Shown: positions 1 to 9,646 of the stretch, piece by piece
How the letters are laid out: each line of letters opens with the position of its first letter
How positions within the stretch are numbered: position 1 is the stretch's first letter
Assembly: GCA_041665785.1 (NCBI GenBank)
Contig: JBAYIE010000006.1
Location: 38,021-102,020 of the forward strand
Length of the DNA: 64,000 nucleotides
Reading direction: 5' to 3'
Source of the DNA: Bacteroidia bacterium
Lineage (GTDB): Bacteria > Bacteroidota > Bacteroidia > UKL13-3
The notes under the pieces: model-generated
Databases searched by the model: none
What the model saw: the letters and a program-made list of their open reading frames with translations, nothing else
Told to the model about the DNA's origin: nothing
Position numbers and translations under genes: made by a program

Positions 1-52
1 TCCGGTAGCAAAAGAAAAATGGACTGCGCCTTTAACATCTCTTTCCGTTGCG

Positions 53-1357
53 TTGCAGGAACAATTGAGTTCAACCAATATGGAGTTTCATCAGGATGGC
101 AATTCCCTGTATATTGTAGGAGGATATGGTTACAACGCTTCAACAGCGAGTCGTAAAACATTTGCTAATTTAACGGCGATCAACGTACCCGCAGTAATAA
201 ATGCTGTAATTGCAGGGACTTCCTTTGCTTCGTATTTCCGGCAACTCACTGATGTACAATTTGCGGTAACGGGTGGACACCTGAAAAAAATAAACAATAC
301 CTTTTACCTCGTTGGTGGCAACAAGTTTGACGGCGATTACAATCCCATGGGCAACCCAACCTACACACAGGTTTACACCAATGCCATCCGCAAATTTAAT
401 ATCGTTGATAACGGAAACACCATTACCATTTCACATTTACCCACCATTACTGATGCAGTAAATTTGCATCGGCGGGATTACAATGCCGTGCAACAAATTA
501 TGCCAAACGGAGCCGAAGGAATTACCGCATTTTCGGGAGTGTTTCAGCCAACCGTTAACCTGCCCTATTTAAACGCAGTGAATATCGATAGCACTGGCCA
601 TTCGGTAAACAATGCATTTCAGCAATTTTACAATCATTACCATTGCGCTGTATTGCCTCTGTATTCGGCGGTTCACAATCAGATGCACAATGTGTTTTTT
701 GGAGGCATTGCACAATACTACGACAGTGGTGGAATATTAGTACAGGACAACAATGTTCCTTTTGTTAAAACCATCGCCCGTGTTACCCGCGATGCTAATG
801 GAACAATGGCCGAATACAAATTACCTGTTGAAATGCCGGGTTTGCTGGGTTCCGGAGCCGAATTTATACCCATCACCAGCGTGCCTCACTTTGCAAACGA
901 AATAATTAAACTGGATGATCTGACTGCAGACAGCACTCTGGTAGGCTATATTTATGGTGGTATAAGCAGTACAGCTGCAAATATCTTTACCACCAATACC
1001 GGAACTCAAAGCAGCGCCAGCAGCCAGATTTTTAAAGTTTATGTAATTACCAACTCGCTGGTGGGAATGCATGAACTCAATGTGCAAAGCATAGGAACAT
1101 TGAAAATGCAAGTGTTTCCAAATCCCAACAGTGGCAGCTTCCAGATCCGTTTTAATCTGAACAAATTGGCTGAAACTAAACTCTCATTGTATAATAAAGA
1201 AGGTAAGCTTGTTGAACAACGTATGTTAACACAGTTACAGGTTGGCGAAAATACCATTCAACAAAACCTGCAATCTATTGTGCCCGGTGAGACTTATCTG
1301 CTTACACTCGAAACTCCTTATGAAAAAGCGACACAGAAAATAATCATTAAGCACTAA
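53..1357 (+). CDS. Secreted protein with a T9SS (Por) C-terminal sorting domain; function unknown. Starts at TTG and may be 5' truncated.
   Basis: The C-terminus (VFPNPNSGSFQIRF...GETYLLTLETPYEKATQKIIIKH) is typical of a T9SS C-terminal domain. The ORF begins at a TTG 53 nt from the window edge, so the true start may lie upstream. Confidence 0.55.
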   Translation: MQEQLSSTNMEFHQDGNSLYIVGGYGYNASTASRKTFANLTAINVPAVINAVIAGTSFASYFRQLTDVQFAVTGGHLKKINNTFYLVGGNKFDGDYNPMGNPTYTQVYTNAIRKFNIVDNGNTITISHLPTITDAVNLHRRDYNAVQQIMPNGAEGITAFSGVFQPTVNLPYLNAVNIDSTGHSVNNAFQQFYNHYHCAVLPLYSAVHNQMHNVFFGGIAQYYDSGGILVQDNNVPFVKTIARVTRDANGTMAEYKLPVEMPGLLGSGAEFIPITSVPHFANEIIKLDDLTADSTLVGYIYGGISSTAANIFTTNTGTQSSASSQIFKVYVITNSLVGMHELNVQSIGTLKMQVFPNPNSGSFQIRFNLNKLAETKLSLYNKEGKLVEQRMLTQLQVGENTIQQNLQSIVPGETYLLTLETPYEKATQKIIIKH

Positions 1358-1526
1358 AATTAAATAAACCGGCAGTAGGTAGCCTGACCTTATAAACGAC
1401 TTCGTGTACTTCGCATTTAATACGTAAAGCCTTTTTTGAATCACCTGTTTCGCTCATGACTGAAATTGGAATCCCGCGATAATTTAACATCCGCCTTACC
1501 TTACTTTTAGTACAAATACGCTAAAC

Positions 1527-4073
1527 TTGTTCATCAATCACATGAACATGAAAAAATGGATCGCCCTTGGCTTTAGTATATATTCAACCTTCCTGCAAGC
1601 CCAAACATCTCTGCCTGCAGCCTGGAATTTTTCATCGCCCGGCATTACATCGCCACCCATAGGCTGGACGCTTGACAACAGCCGCGCCGGTGGCACGGGA
1701 GGACAAACCTATGCATTCGGTACCGGAGATAATTTATCCTGTCGCTTTGATGCCGCCGGTGAAAACCTGATCGTATTTTTCGCCGATAAACCCGGACCCC
1801 TGAGTTATTATGTGAGTCCGCAAAATGCCGGAAATCCCTGGTCAGGTTTGTTTGAAGTACAGGAAAGCGCCGATGGAAATTCCTGGTCAAACCTGCGCAC
1901 GTTTACCAGTCAGGCTACTACCACTACCAATTTTACAAACGGCAAACGCAGCGACAATCTTTCTGCAACTACACGCTATGTGCGATTTGTGTTTACTACC
2001 AAAACAAGCGGAAACTTTGCGCTCGACAGCGTACTCATACAACAGGCACCACCACCGTTAAACGCCAGCATTCAAATCAAACAAAACGGGAATGTAATAG
2101 TAGGTGGTTCTACTTTTATACTTGGCAATGCATCGGCCACAACCTTTACTATCGAAAACAAAGGCACCGGACAAACCCTGCACCTCGATTCGGTTTCGTT
2201 TAGCGGAACAACGCCCAATGATTATTCGGTGAGCAACTTTCCGGACTCCATTATTGCAAACGGTAATGCGACTTTTACCCTGAATTTTTCAGCAGCTCAA
2301 AACGGAAGTCGTAAAGCCGCTATGAATATTTACAGCAATGATGCCGATCGACCCAAATACACCATCAACGTTTACGGAATAGGCGGAAACTATGCTACCG
2401 AACCCGCTCAGCCTCCGGTGTTAAACACAAGCAATGTGATGACTTACGGATTTGATGCGACCTTGTTGGCGCCTGTGCAGGTACCCGAGCATTATATTGT
2501 GCTCTTGTATAAAAATGGTGCCGGCGACGACAAACCGATGGATGGTGTAACCTACAAACGCGGCGATTATATTGGCGCAGCGCAGGTGCTGTATGTGGGC
2601 GATAGTGCAAGCCTGATAAAACCTACCCATATACTATCAAATACAGGTTATGCAATGAATGCCTTTTCGTTTAATGGTCCAGCCGGTTTTGAAAATTACT
2701 ACACCACCAATTCGGCCTTTCGCGGATTGATCACTCCCGGTAAAAAACCGGGTACGTATTATAGCGGAATCAACTCGGGCGCACCCAATTTTGTAAGCAC
2801 CCTGTCGCAAAAAATCAATCCGCACGATACCATTTATTATAGCCAATACATTTCACGCTTTATTCAACCTTACCTGACACGCGATACGATTGGGGGCAAA
2901 AAAATAATGAATTGCGTTTATACAACACTTCCTTATGTGTACACCGAACCCTTCCTGTTCTGGAATGGCACAAACGGAGCTACCCTAACCCGCGAACATA
3001 CCTATCCGCAAAGCTGGATGCCAACCCGCAGCCTGCCTACCTGGCCCAATGATGCAAATGGTAAAGAACTGCCTGAATACAACGATTTGCATCATTTGTT
3101 TCCGGCCGATCAGGCGTATGGAAATGGCGTACGCTCAAATTATCCGTTGGGAGAAGTAGTAACCAACCCACAACCTTCTCCGAGTGGTTTGGGTGTATTG
3201 GGAAAAGACCTCAACGGTAATACCGTGTACGAACCCACCGATGCACATAAAGGCGATGCAGCACGGGCCATCTTTTATATGTGTACGGCATACAACGGCA
3301 TCAGCGGAAACAATTGGTCCATTCCTTCATCGCAGGATCAGGATGTATTGAAGAAATGGCATTTTCAGGACTTGCCGGATAATTGGGAAATTGCCCGTCA
3401 TGAATTTATTTATTCCATTCAACACAACCGCAACCCGTTTATCGATAGCATCAATTTTGCATGCCGCATTGACTTCCGCAACATGACCTGGATAGCGAAC
3501 CCGGGCAGTTGTGGTATCGACGAGCGCCGGGTAACTGTGCTGACCCCAAATGGCGGACAAGATCTTAAAAGTGGTACCATTACCCTGGTAATGTGGGATA
3601 GCTATGCCATAGATTCTGTAAAAATAGAACTCTACCACGCCGACACCTTCTTTGCCTATTTAGGAAAAGAAGAAGCAGCACGCGAAAAGTTTTTCTGGAA
3701 AGTAGGATACCATACCGAAACCCTGAAATCCAGCGATTTTAAAATTCGCGTAACAGATCTCCATTCTCCTGCCTTTGACCTAAGTGACGATTATTTCAAA
3801 ATCGAATTCCTCCTCAATGCTCTGGACGAAATAAATAATACATACGATCTTCAGGTTTACCCTAACCCAACCTCGGGCACAGTATATCTGCAAGCTTTAA
3901 ACGGACTACAAATCCAATCCATTCGTGTATTGGATTTGCTGGGAAAAACACATTATGAAAATTCAATCCATGCAGATAATCTTGCCCAAATTCAATTGGA
4001 TAAAAAAGGAATGTATTTGGTTGAAGTAGTAACAGATCGGGGAGTGGTGAGGAAAAGGGTGGTGAGGGAATGA
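1527..4073 (+). CDS. Extracellular endonuclease I family nuclease with N-terminal beta-sandwich domains and a T9SS C-terminal domain.
   Basis: Signal peptide MKKWIALGFSIYSTFLQAQ. Endonuclease I motifs REHTYPQSW, LHHLFPADQAYGNGVRSNYPLGEV, DAHKGDAARAIFYMCTAYNG and HNRNPFIDSINFACRID. C-terminal VYPNPTSGTVYLQ...VVTDRGVVRKRVV looks like a T9SS sorting domain. Confidence 0.75.
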   Translation: MFINHMNMKKWIALGFSIYSTFLQAQTSLPAAWNFSSPGITSPPIGWTLDNSRAGGTGGQTYAFGTGDNLSCRFDAAGENLIVFFADKPGPLSYYVSPQNAGNPWSGLFEVQESADGNSWSNLRTFTSQATTTTNFTNGKRSDNLSATTRYVRFVFTTKTSGNFALDSVLIQQAPPPLNASIQIKQNGNVIVGGSTFILGNASATTFTIENKGTGQTLHLDSVSFSGTTPNDYSVSNFPDSIIANGNATFTLNFSAAQNGSRKAAMNIYSNDADRPKYTINVYGIGGNYATEPAQPPVLNTSNVMTYGFDATLLAPVQVPEHYIVLLYKNGAGDDKPMDGVTYKRGDYIGAAQVLYVGDSASLIKPTHILSNTGYAMNAFSFNGPAGFENYYTTNSAFRGLITPGKKPGTYYSGINSGAPNFVSTLSQKINPHDTIYYSQYISRFIQPYLTRDTIGGKKIMNCVYTTLPYVYTEPFLFWNGTNGATLTREHTYPQSWMPTRSLPTWPNDANGKELPEYNDLHHLFPADQAYGNGVRSNYPLGEVVTNPQPSPSGLGVLGKDLNGNTVYEPTDAHKGDAARAIFYMCTAYNGISGNNWSIPSSQDQDVLKKWHFQDLPDNWEIARHEFIYSIQHNRNPFIDSINFACRIDFRNMTWIANPGSCGIDERRVTVLTPNGGQDLKSGTITLVMWDSYAIDSVKIELYHADTFFAYLGKEEAAREKFFWKVGYHTETLKSSDFKIRVTDLHSPAFDLSDDYFKIEFLLNALDEINNTYDLQVYPNPTSGTVYLQALNGLQIQSIRVLDLLGKTHYENSIHADNLAQIQLDKKGMYLVEVVTDRGVVRKRVVRE

Positions 4074-4118
4074 GGAGGTATGTTGAGTAGCGCATATAAT
4101 TAAGTTAGTGGCAATTTT

Positions 4119-4709
4119 ATGAAAACTCTCATAAAGACATTTATTCTAATTTTAACTCTTGGCTTTACTGCACAAGGACAGACCAAGGATGTTCCTCTAT
4201 TTGACGACTATTCAATTATTAATAGGACTGTTGACAGTTTACTGAAGATCGGAACTAAAGAAATAGTCGTTTTTCAAACAACAAGACCATTCAAATATTT
4301 AAAAAGTTCGGACAGCATACTAACATTTATTTGTTGGCAAATCGCTGACAATTCTATCGTACAAATCGTTACTGATAAAATTGTTTACTCACCTCTTGAC
4401 TTTAATGGCAAAGAGATATTCACCTACAAAGACAAAATTAAAACACTAGTAACAGAGAAGGAAGAGAGCCAATGTACCTTGCAAATGATTGCTCCTGTTA
4501 TCAGCGGTAACGTCTTGTTTTATTATAGCAAAGAGCTCATTGGATACTTTGAGCACCCAGAGTCAAATAGTCCAACTAGGTATAAGCCACAGGTTGACAA
4601 AGAAAAATACCGATCTACTTGGTACAACTTAATCTATAATGTACTGACAAAAGAAAACTTTAATTTCAAAGGCCTTCCTAATTACGACAGAAGTGCCGGC
4701 TATAAGTGA
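4119..4709 (+). CDS. Hypothetical secreted protein or lipoprotein in an AT-rich islet.
   Basis: Signal peptide MKTLIKTFILILTLGFTAQGQ. GC is about 35%, well below the flanks. I recognise no domain. Confidence 0.5.
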   Translation: MKTLIKTFILILTLGFTAQGQTKDVPLFDDYSIINRTVDSLLKIGTKEIVVFQTTRPFKYLKSSDSILTFICWQIADNSIVQIVTDKIVYSPLDFNGKEIFTYKDKIKTLVTEKEESQCTLQMIAPVISGNVLFYYSKELIGYFEHPESNSPTRYKPQVDKEKYRSTWYNLIYNVLTKENFNFKGLPNYDRSAGYK

Positions 4710-4864
4710 AGAATCAAAACCAGCCACTAACAGCGCCCTTGCGTCAGTTGGGTTTAATCCTTAATTTGTACATTCGTTTCACTTGCTAGCTTTTCGCTCG
4801 GACGACTGTGACTGCGTCGCGTCATCCAACAGAATGCAAAGCCGCAAAACGTTCAGGTAATTAT

Positions 4865-5800
4865 ATGAGGACAGCCATAATATTAATCATATTATTCTCG
4901 AGAGTTTGTGCTACTGCTCAAGCGCCAATACTTTTTGAAACTCCTATTAACGTAACGATAAAAGGTTATTCCCGGAACTACTTAGCTGCGGCCATTTACA
5001 AGAAAAAAGAACCGTGGCAACAGACATCAAAAGTTGAATTTTGGTTTAATTCTAGGGGTTTAATAATACAATCAAGATTTTGGGGTAAACAACATAATTC
5101 AAATCTGAAGCTTCTAAATAAAATTACACAATACGAATACGACTCTAATGAATTAAGAATATCTAGTCAAGAATGGGAAAATTCATACCTAGATTCCATC
5201 AAGTTAAGTAACAAGACATTATATACATACGACAACTATAAAAGACTAATAAAAAAACAAATATTTTCACCTAATGAAAACAATCCTTCCTCCACAGTTG
5301 AACACATATATACTGGTGTAAAAGGTGAGGGTTTATTTACCACAATTAGTGGGGGAACAAAATACATTTATGTTTATGACAGTTTAAATCGCCTTAAATC
5401 TAGAAAACAATTTTATGGATCTAATTTGGACAAACTTAACTGGATAGAAACCTATTTTTATTTAGATGACACAACAATATGCATTACCAATGTGTTTTAT
5501 GGAGATTCTATCTTACAATATTCAAAGCAAAATATCACGATTTATAATTTGAATAAAAAGGAAATCGCCATCATTGAAGACTATCTTCCTCCAAAAGAAT
5601 CGTTCCCAGATAAAACAGAGTTTGAATACGATAAACAAGGACTGATTCTATCAATTAAAAGATACCTAAGGCTCAGTTTTAAAAGTGAATATATCCTAAC
5701 TTCATTTATTAAATACTCATATAGGCGCCCAAAATATATTGGCCAAAAATCAATTGAAAAAATTAATCAGTCACTTATAAATTTAGACAGCGGAGAATAA
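4865..5800 (+). CDS. Hypothetical secreted protein with YD-repeat-like motifs in an AT-rich islet.
   Basis: Probable start at MRTAIILIILFSRVCATAQA (the ORF track begins earlier, at 4808). Motifs YTYDNYKRLI, YVYDSLNRLKS and EFEYDKQGLILS resemble the Y.YD..(G/R)L repeat of RHS/YD proteins. Low GC. Confidence 0.5.
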   Translation: MRTAIILIILFSRVCATAQAPILFETPINVTIKGYSRNYLAAAIYKKKEPWQQTSKVEFWFNSRGLIIQSRFWGKQHNSNLKLLNKITQYEYDSNELRISSQEWENSYLDSIKLSNKTLYTYDNYKRLIKKQIFSPNENNPSSTVEHIYTGVKGEGLFTTISGGTKYIYVYDSLNRLKSRKQFYGSNLDKLNWIETYFYLDDTTICITNVFYGDSILQYSKQNITIYNLNKKEIAIIEDYLPPKESFPDKTEFEYDKQGLILSIKRYLRLSFKSEYILTSFIKYSYRRPKYIGQKSIEKINQSLINLDSGE

Positions 5801-6045
5801 CTACCACTAACTATAATGAAGATTTCTTGAGCATACAAAAATGATCGAAAAGAATATTTCAATCTATCCAAATAGTTTATTTCTTTGAACGAACAAGTAG
5901 TTGCCCGACTGACTTTGTCTGATTTATAAACTAAGACTATTGAAAATTCACCAGATATCAGGAATAAACTCCTGATCTCAGCATTTGTTCTCTCCGTTTA
6001 TTTTCCTTAGCTTCACCCCTCCTCCGCTTTTGCCTTAAAGGATTT

Positions 6046-6657
6046 TTGACCCCGCGTATTTCATTCACATCCATAAATTTGATTCCTATGCTGGAAATAT
6101 TCTCAACCCTCGACCCTTTGCTCAAAACCTTTTGGTTTGTGGCTATACCGGCTTCGCTGATTTTTATTATTCAAACCATCCTGACTTTTATGGGTGCCGA
6201 TGCTTCCGATGGATTAGAAGCCGACTTCGACGGTGATTTCAGCGGCGGCGACGAATCCTTTCAGGTGTTCTCCCTGCGCAACCTGATCAATTTTTTGCTG
6301 GGTTTCAGCTGGACCGGCATTTCGTTTTATACCACCATCTCCAATCCGCTTGGTTTAATTTTGTTTTCACTGATAGTCGGTGCATTGTTTGTATACGTAT
6401 TTTTCATCATCATCAGACAAGTACAAAAACTGGCTGAAGATAATTCATTCAAACTGATCAATACACTCAACCAATCGGCTGAAGTTTACCTCACCATTCC
6501 CGAACATAAAAGCGGAAAAGGCAAAATCATGATCAGCGTAAAAGGCGCTTTTCACGAGCTCGAAGCCATGACCGATCAGGATCGCATTCCATCCGGTGCA
6601 ACCGTTAAAGTGGTACGCATTGAGAACAACAATGTATTAATTGTAGAAAAAATTTAA
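6046..6657 (+). CDS. YqiJ / NfeD-like inner membrane protein, partner of the downstream flotillin.
   Basis: N-terminal transmembrane helices, an acidic stretch DASDGLEADFDGDFSGGDES, and a C-terminal beta-rich tail KGKIMISVKGAFHELEAM...VKVVRIENNNVLIVEKI resembling an NfeD OB-fold. It lies 10 nt upstream of a flotillin gene, as in E. coli yqiJK. The real start may be the internal MLEIFS. Confidence 0.55.
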   Translation: MTPRISFTSINLIPMLEIFSTLDPLLKTFWFVAIPASLIFIIQTILTFMGADASDGLEADFDGDFSGGDESFQVFSLRNLINFLLGFSWTGISFYTTISNPLGLILFSLIVGALFVYVFFIIIRQVQKLAEDNSFKLINTLNQSAEVYLTIPEHKSGKGKIMISVKGAFHELEAMTDQDRIPSGATVKVVRIENNNVLIVEKI

Positions 6658-6667
6658 CCCAAACCAT

Positions 6668-8185
6668 ATGAGTCCTATTATCCTTATTGTCGTAGCGGCA
6701 GTTGTCATCTTTGTTACCATCTCTGCACTGGTTTCCCGTTATAAACGTTGTCCTTCCGATAAAATATTGGTTATATACGGACGTACCGGCGGAACCTCTG
6801 CCAAATGTGTGCACGGAGGCGGAGCATTTATCTGGCCTGTAATACAGGATTATGCATTCCTTGATCTGAAACCCCTTTCCATTGAAGCCAACCTCACCAA
6901 TGCATTGAGTCGTCAGAATATTCGTGTGGATGTTCCCTGCCGTTTTACGATTGCCATCTCTACCGAAGCAGATAGTATGAATACAGCGGCCGAACGTTTG
7001 CTCGGACTTACATCGGAACAGATTCAGGAACTGGCCAAAGATATTTTGTTTGGTCAGTTGCGTTTGGTAATTGCTACCATGACCATCGAAGAAATCAATT
7101 CTGATCGCGATAAATTTCTCGACAATATTTCGAAAAACGTAGACAGTGAACTCAAGAAAATCGGATTAAAGTTGATCAACGTTAACGTAACAGATATCAA
7201 GGATGAGTCGGGGTATATTGAAGCATTGGGTAAAGAAGCCGCAGCCAAAGCGATCAACGAAGCTAAAATCAGCGTAGCCGAACAGGAGAAAATCGGAGAA
7301 ACCGGAAAAGCAATGGCAGATCGCGAAAAGGATACACAGATTGCAGAAACGCATCGTGATCGCGACGTAAAAATTGCCATCACCCAAAAAGATAAAGAGA
7401 TCAGCATTGCCACCGCCGTAAAAGACGAAACTATCGGTAAAGCAGAAGCCGAACGCGATACGCGTGTAAAAACTTCGGAAGCAAATGCCATTGCCATTCA
7501 GGGCGAAAACGAAGCGAAAATTTCCATTGCCAAATCAGATGCTAACCGTCGCGAAAAAGAAGCGGAATCGCTGCGCATTGCACTGGCTTCTGAAAAAGTA
7601 CAACAAGCCAAAGCGCTGGAAGAATCTTATGTAGCCGAACAAAAAGCCGAACTGGCACGATCCGAACGCGAACGTTCCACCCAGATCGCCAATATTGTAG
7701 TTCCTGCCGAAATAGCCAAACAACGCGCCATCATCGAAGCGCAAGCCATGGCCGAAACCATTCGCGAAAATGCAAAAGGTGAAGCCGATGCCATCTTTGC
7801 AAAAATGGAAGCCGAAGCAAAAGGATTGTTTGAAATCCTCACCAAGCAAGCCGAAGGTTACAAAGAAGTAGTAGCTGCAGCCGGTGGCGATCCTACAAAA
7901 GCTTTCCAATTGCTCCTGCTCGAAAAATTACCGGAACTGGTGCGCACACAGGTTGAAGCGGTTAAAAATATCAAGATCGATAAAATCACCGTATGGGATT
8001 CAGGCAATGGAAACAACGAAAACGGAAATTCTTCCACCGCAAATTTTGTTTCAGGTATGATGAAGACGGTTCCTCCATTGAACGACCTTTTCAATATGGC
8101 CGGGCTCAATCTACCGAATTACCTCAAGGGAAATGATGCTCCTGCGGAAGAGGATGATAAAAAAGAAAGCGGGAAGAAAGAATAA
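6668..8185 (+). CDS. Flotillin family protein (SPFH/band 7, YqiK/FloA-like).
   Basis: N-terminal transmembrane segment, then an SPFH region (ILVIYGRTGG...IRVDVPCRFTIAIS). A long EA-rich coiled coil with repeated AEQKAELARSERE / EAEAK units follows, as is typical of flotillins. Confidence 0.85.
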   Translation: MSPIILIVVAAVVIFVTISALVSRYKRCPSDKILVIYGRTGGTSAKCVHGGGAFIWPVIQDYAFLDLKPLSIEANLTNALSRQNIRVDVPCRFTIAISTEADSMNTAAERLLGLTSEQIQELAKDILFGQLRLVIATMTIEEINSDRDKFLDNISKNVDSELKKIGLKLINVNVTDIKDESGYIEALGKEAAAKAINEAKISVAEQEKIGETGKAMADREKDTQIAETHRDRDVKIAITQKDKEISIATAVKDETIGKAEAERDTRVKTSEANAIAIQGENEAKISIAKSDANRREKEAESLRIALASEKVQQAKALEESYVAEQKAELARSERERSTQIANIVVPAEIAKQRAIIEAQAMAETIRENAKGEADAIFAKMEAEAKGLFEILTKQAEGYKEVVAAAGGDPTKAFQLLLLEKLPELVRTQVEAVKNIKIDKITVWDSGNGNNENGNSSTANFVSGMMKTVPPLNDLFNMAGLNLPNYLKGNDAPAEEDDKKESGKKE

Positions 8186-8247
8186 GGTTGTTTCAAACAG
8201 TTGCTCTTTTTGTTCAACCATTTATTAGTTGAATGTATCCATAAAGG

Positions 8248-8952
8248 CTACCCAAACCTCTTCTCCACCAGCGACTGCAATTCTTTTGCCAGATCATGAT
8301 CGCTGTCCCAGCTGTACTGATGTTTCAGTTCGGTAAACAAACGCATCGCTTCATCGATATTCAACGACGAATTCAAACGGTCGATGGCCTTGGTATACTC
8401 CACTGTATTTTCATTGAACAATACATTCACAAAAGCAATTTTCTTGTTGAGCGAGATGGCTGACTTCAGGCTTTCTACCTTACCCTGCATCATTTCTGTT
8501 TTGGGGTTATTTTGTGAAATGCGTTCATGCAACAAAGGTTCTTCGTTTTGCGTTTTACTCGTACGCGAAAGGATATCCTGTAAAATAGGTTGCTCTTTAT
8601 GGGGAGGATTATTCGTTAATGGTGTATCCGTTATTGGGTTATTCGTTGGAGGTGGAATGGTTTCTTCGGGTTGAATTTCAGGTATGGCAGGTGGTGTTGG
8701 CGTTAAAACAGATTCTGCAACAATTTCAGGTGCATTGATCTGCTGATCAATCAGAGGCTTTATTTCCTCTATACTTTGCTTCACAGGATCAGGCATCTCT
8801 ATTGCCAAAGGAACTAAAATCTGAATATGCTCATACAACTCCACGCATTTGCTTTTCAGCAAAGCAATTTCCAGAGTATTGGTGGGGTGCTGACTCTTCC
8901 CGATCGCATCGGCCAGTTCCTTCACTTTTTGCATTACTTCCTGTTGATTCAT
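8248..8952 (-). CDS. Hypothetical protein with a central proline-rich linker.
   Basis: ORF with a Pro/Thr-rich stretch (TPTPPAIPEIQPEETIPPPTNNPITDTPLTNNPP). No recognisable catalytic motif. Confidence 0.45.
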   Translation of the reverse strand: MNQQEVMQKVKELADAIGKSQHPTNTLEIALLKSKCVELYEHIQILVPLAIEMPDPVKQSIEEIKPLIDQQINAPEIVAESVLTPTPPAIPEIQPEETIPPPTNNPITDTPLTNNPPHKEQPILQDILSRTSKTQNEEPLLHERISQNNPKTEMMQGKVESLKSAISLNKKIAFVNVLFNENTVEYTKAIDRLNSSLNIDEAMRLFTELKHQYSWDSDHDLAKELQSLVEKRFG

Positions 8953-9017
8953 ATAGATTTCCCTTTTTACAAAGGTCTAAAAGAAAAGGATTCAAAAAAG
9001 CATGTATTTTTACACAG

Positions 9018-9605
9018 ATGTTTTTAGAGCCCCACTTAACACAAAATCGTAAAAAAGGTTGGATCGAAGTGATTTGTGGCTCCATGTTTTCGGGCAAAAC
9101 AGAAGAGTTGATCCGCCGCCTCAAGCGCGCACGCATCGCCCATCTGAAAGTCGAAATTTTCAAACCCGGTGTCGATACCCGCTACCACGAATCAGAAATC
9201 GTTTCACACAACGCAACGGCCATTCCTTCAACTCCTGTTGAATCTTCCCTAAATATCCTGCTCATGCACAAAGATGCCGATGTAATCGGAATCGATGAGG
9301 CGCAGTTCTTCGACGATGAAATTGTCTATGTATGTGAAACGCTCGCTTCAAAAGGCATTCGTGTTGTGGTGGCCGGCCTCGATATGGATTACCTGGGCAA
9401 ACCCTTTGGACCCATGCCCAAACTCATGGCTGTGGCCGAATATGTTACAAAAGTAAACGCTGTTTGTATGGTATGCGGTGATCTGGCAACACACACCTTT
9501 CGTAAAACCAAAAACGATGCGTTGGTAATGCTCGGAGAACACGATGATTACGAGGCCCGTTGCCGTACATGTTTTTTGGAAGGGATGAAAATGCAATCAA
9601 CCTAA
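9018..9605 (+). CDS. tdk: Thymidine kinase.
   Basis: GWIEVICGSMFSGKTEELIRR P-loop and a C-terminal zinc ribbon (CMVCGD...ARCRTCF). Start chosen at MFLEPH. The ORF track extends upstream to 8802, across the divergent gene. Confidence 0.85.
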   Translation: MFLEPHLTQNRKKGWIEVICGSMFSGKTEELIRRLKRARIAHLKVEIFKPGVDTRYHESEIVSHNATAIPSTPVESSLNILLMHKDADVIGIDEAQFFDDEIVYVCETLASKGIRVVVAGLDMDYLGKPFGPMPKLMAVAEYVTKVNAVCMVCGDLATHTFRKTKNDALVMLGEHDDYEARCRTCFLEGMKMQST

Positions 9606-9646
9606 CCGATTAACGCAATAACCAATAACTTAATAACGAGTAACAA

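Noticed and set aside
8802-9017. Long N-terminal extension of tdk (ORF track start at 8802)
   Set aside because: The extension overlaps the 5' end of the divergent gene 8248..8952 and lacks similarity to thymidine kinase. Homologous Tdk proteins begin near the P-loop, so the start at 9018 was used.
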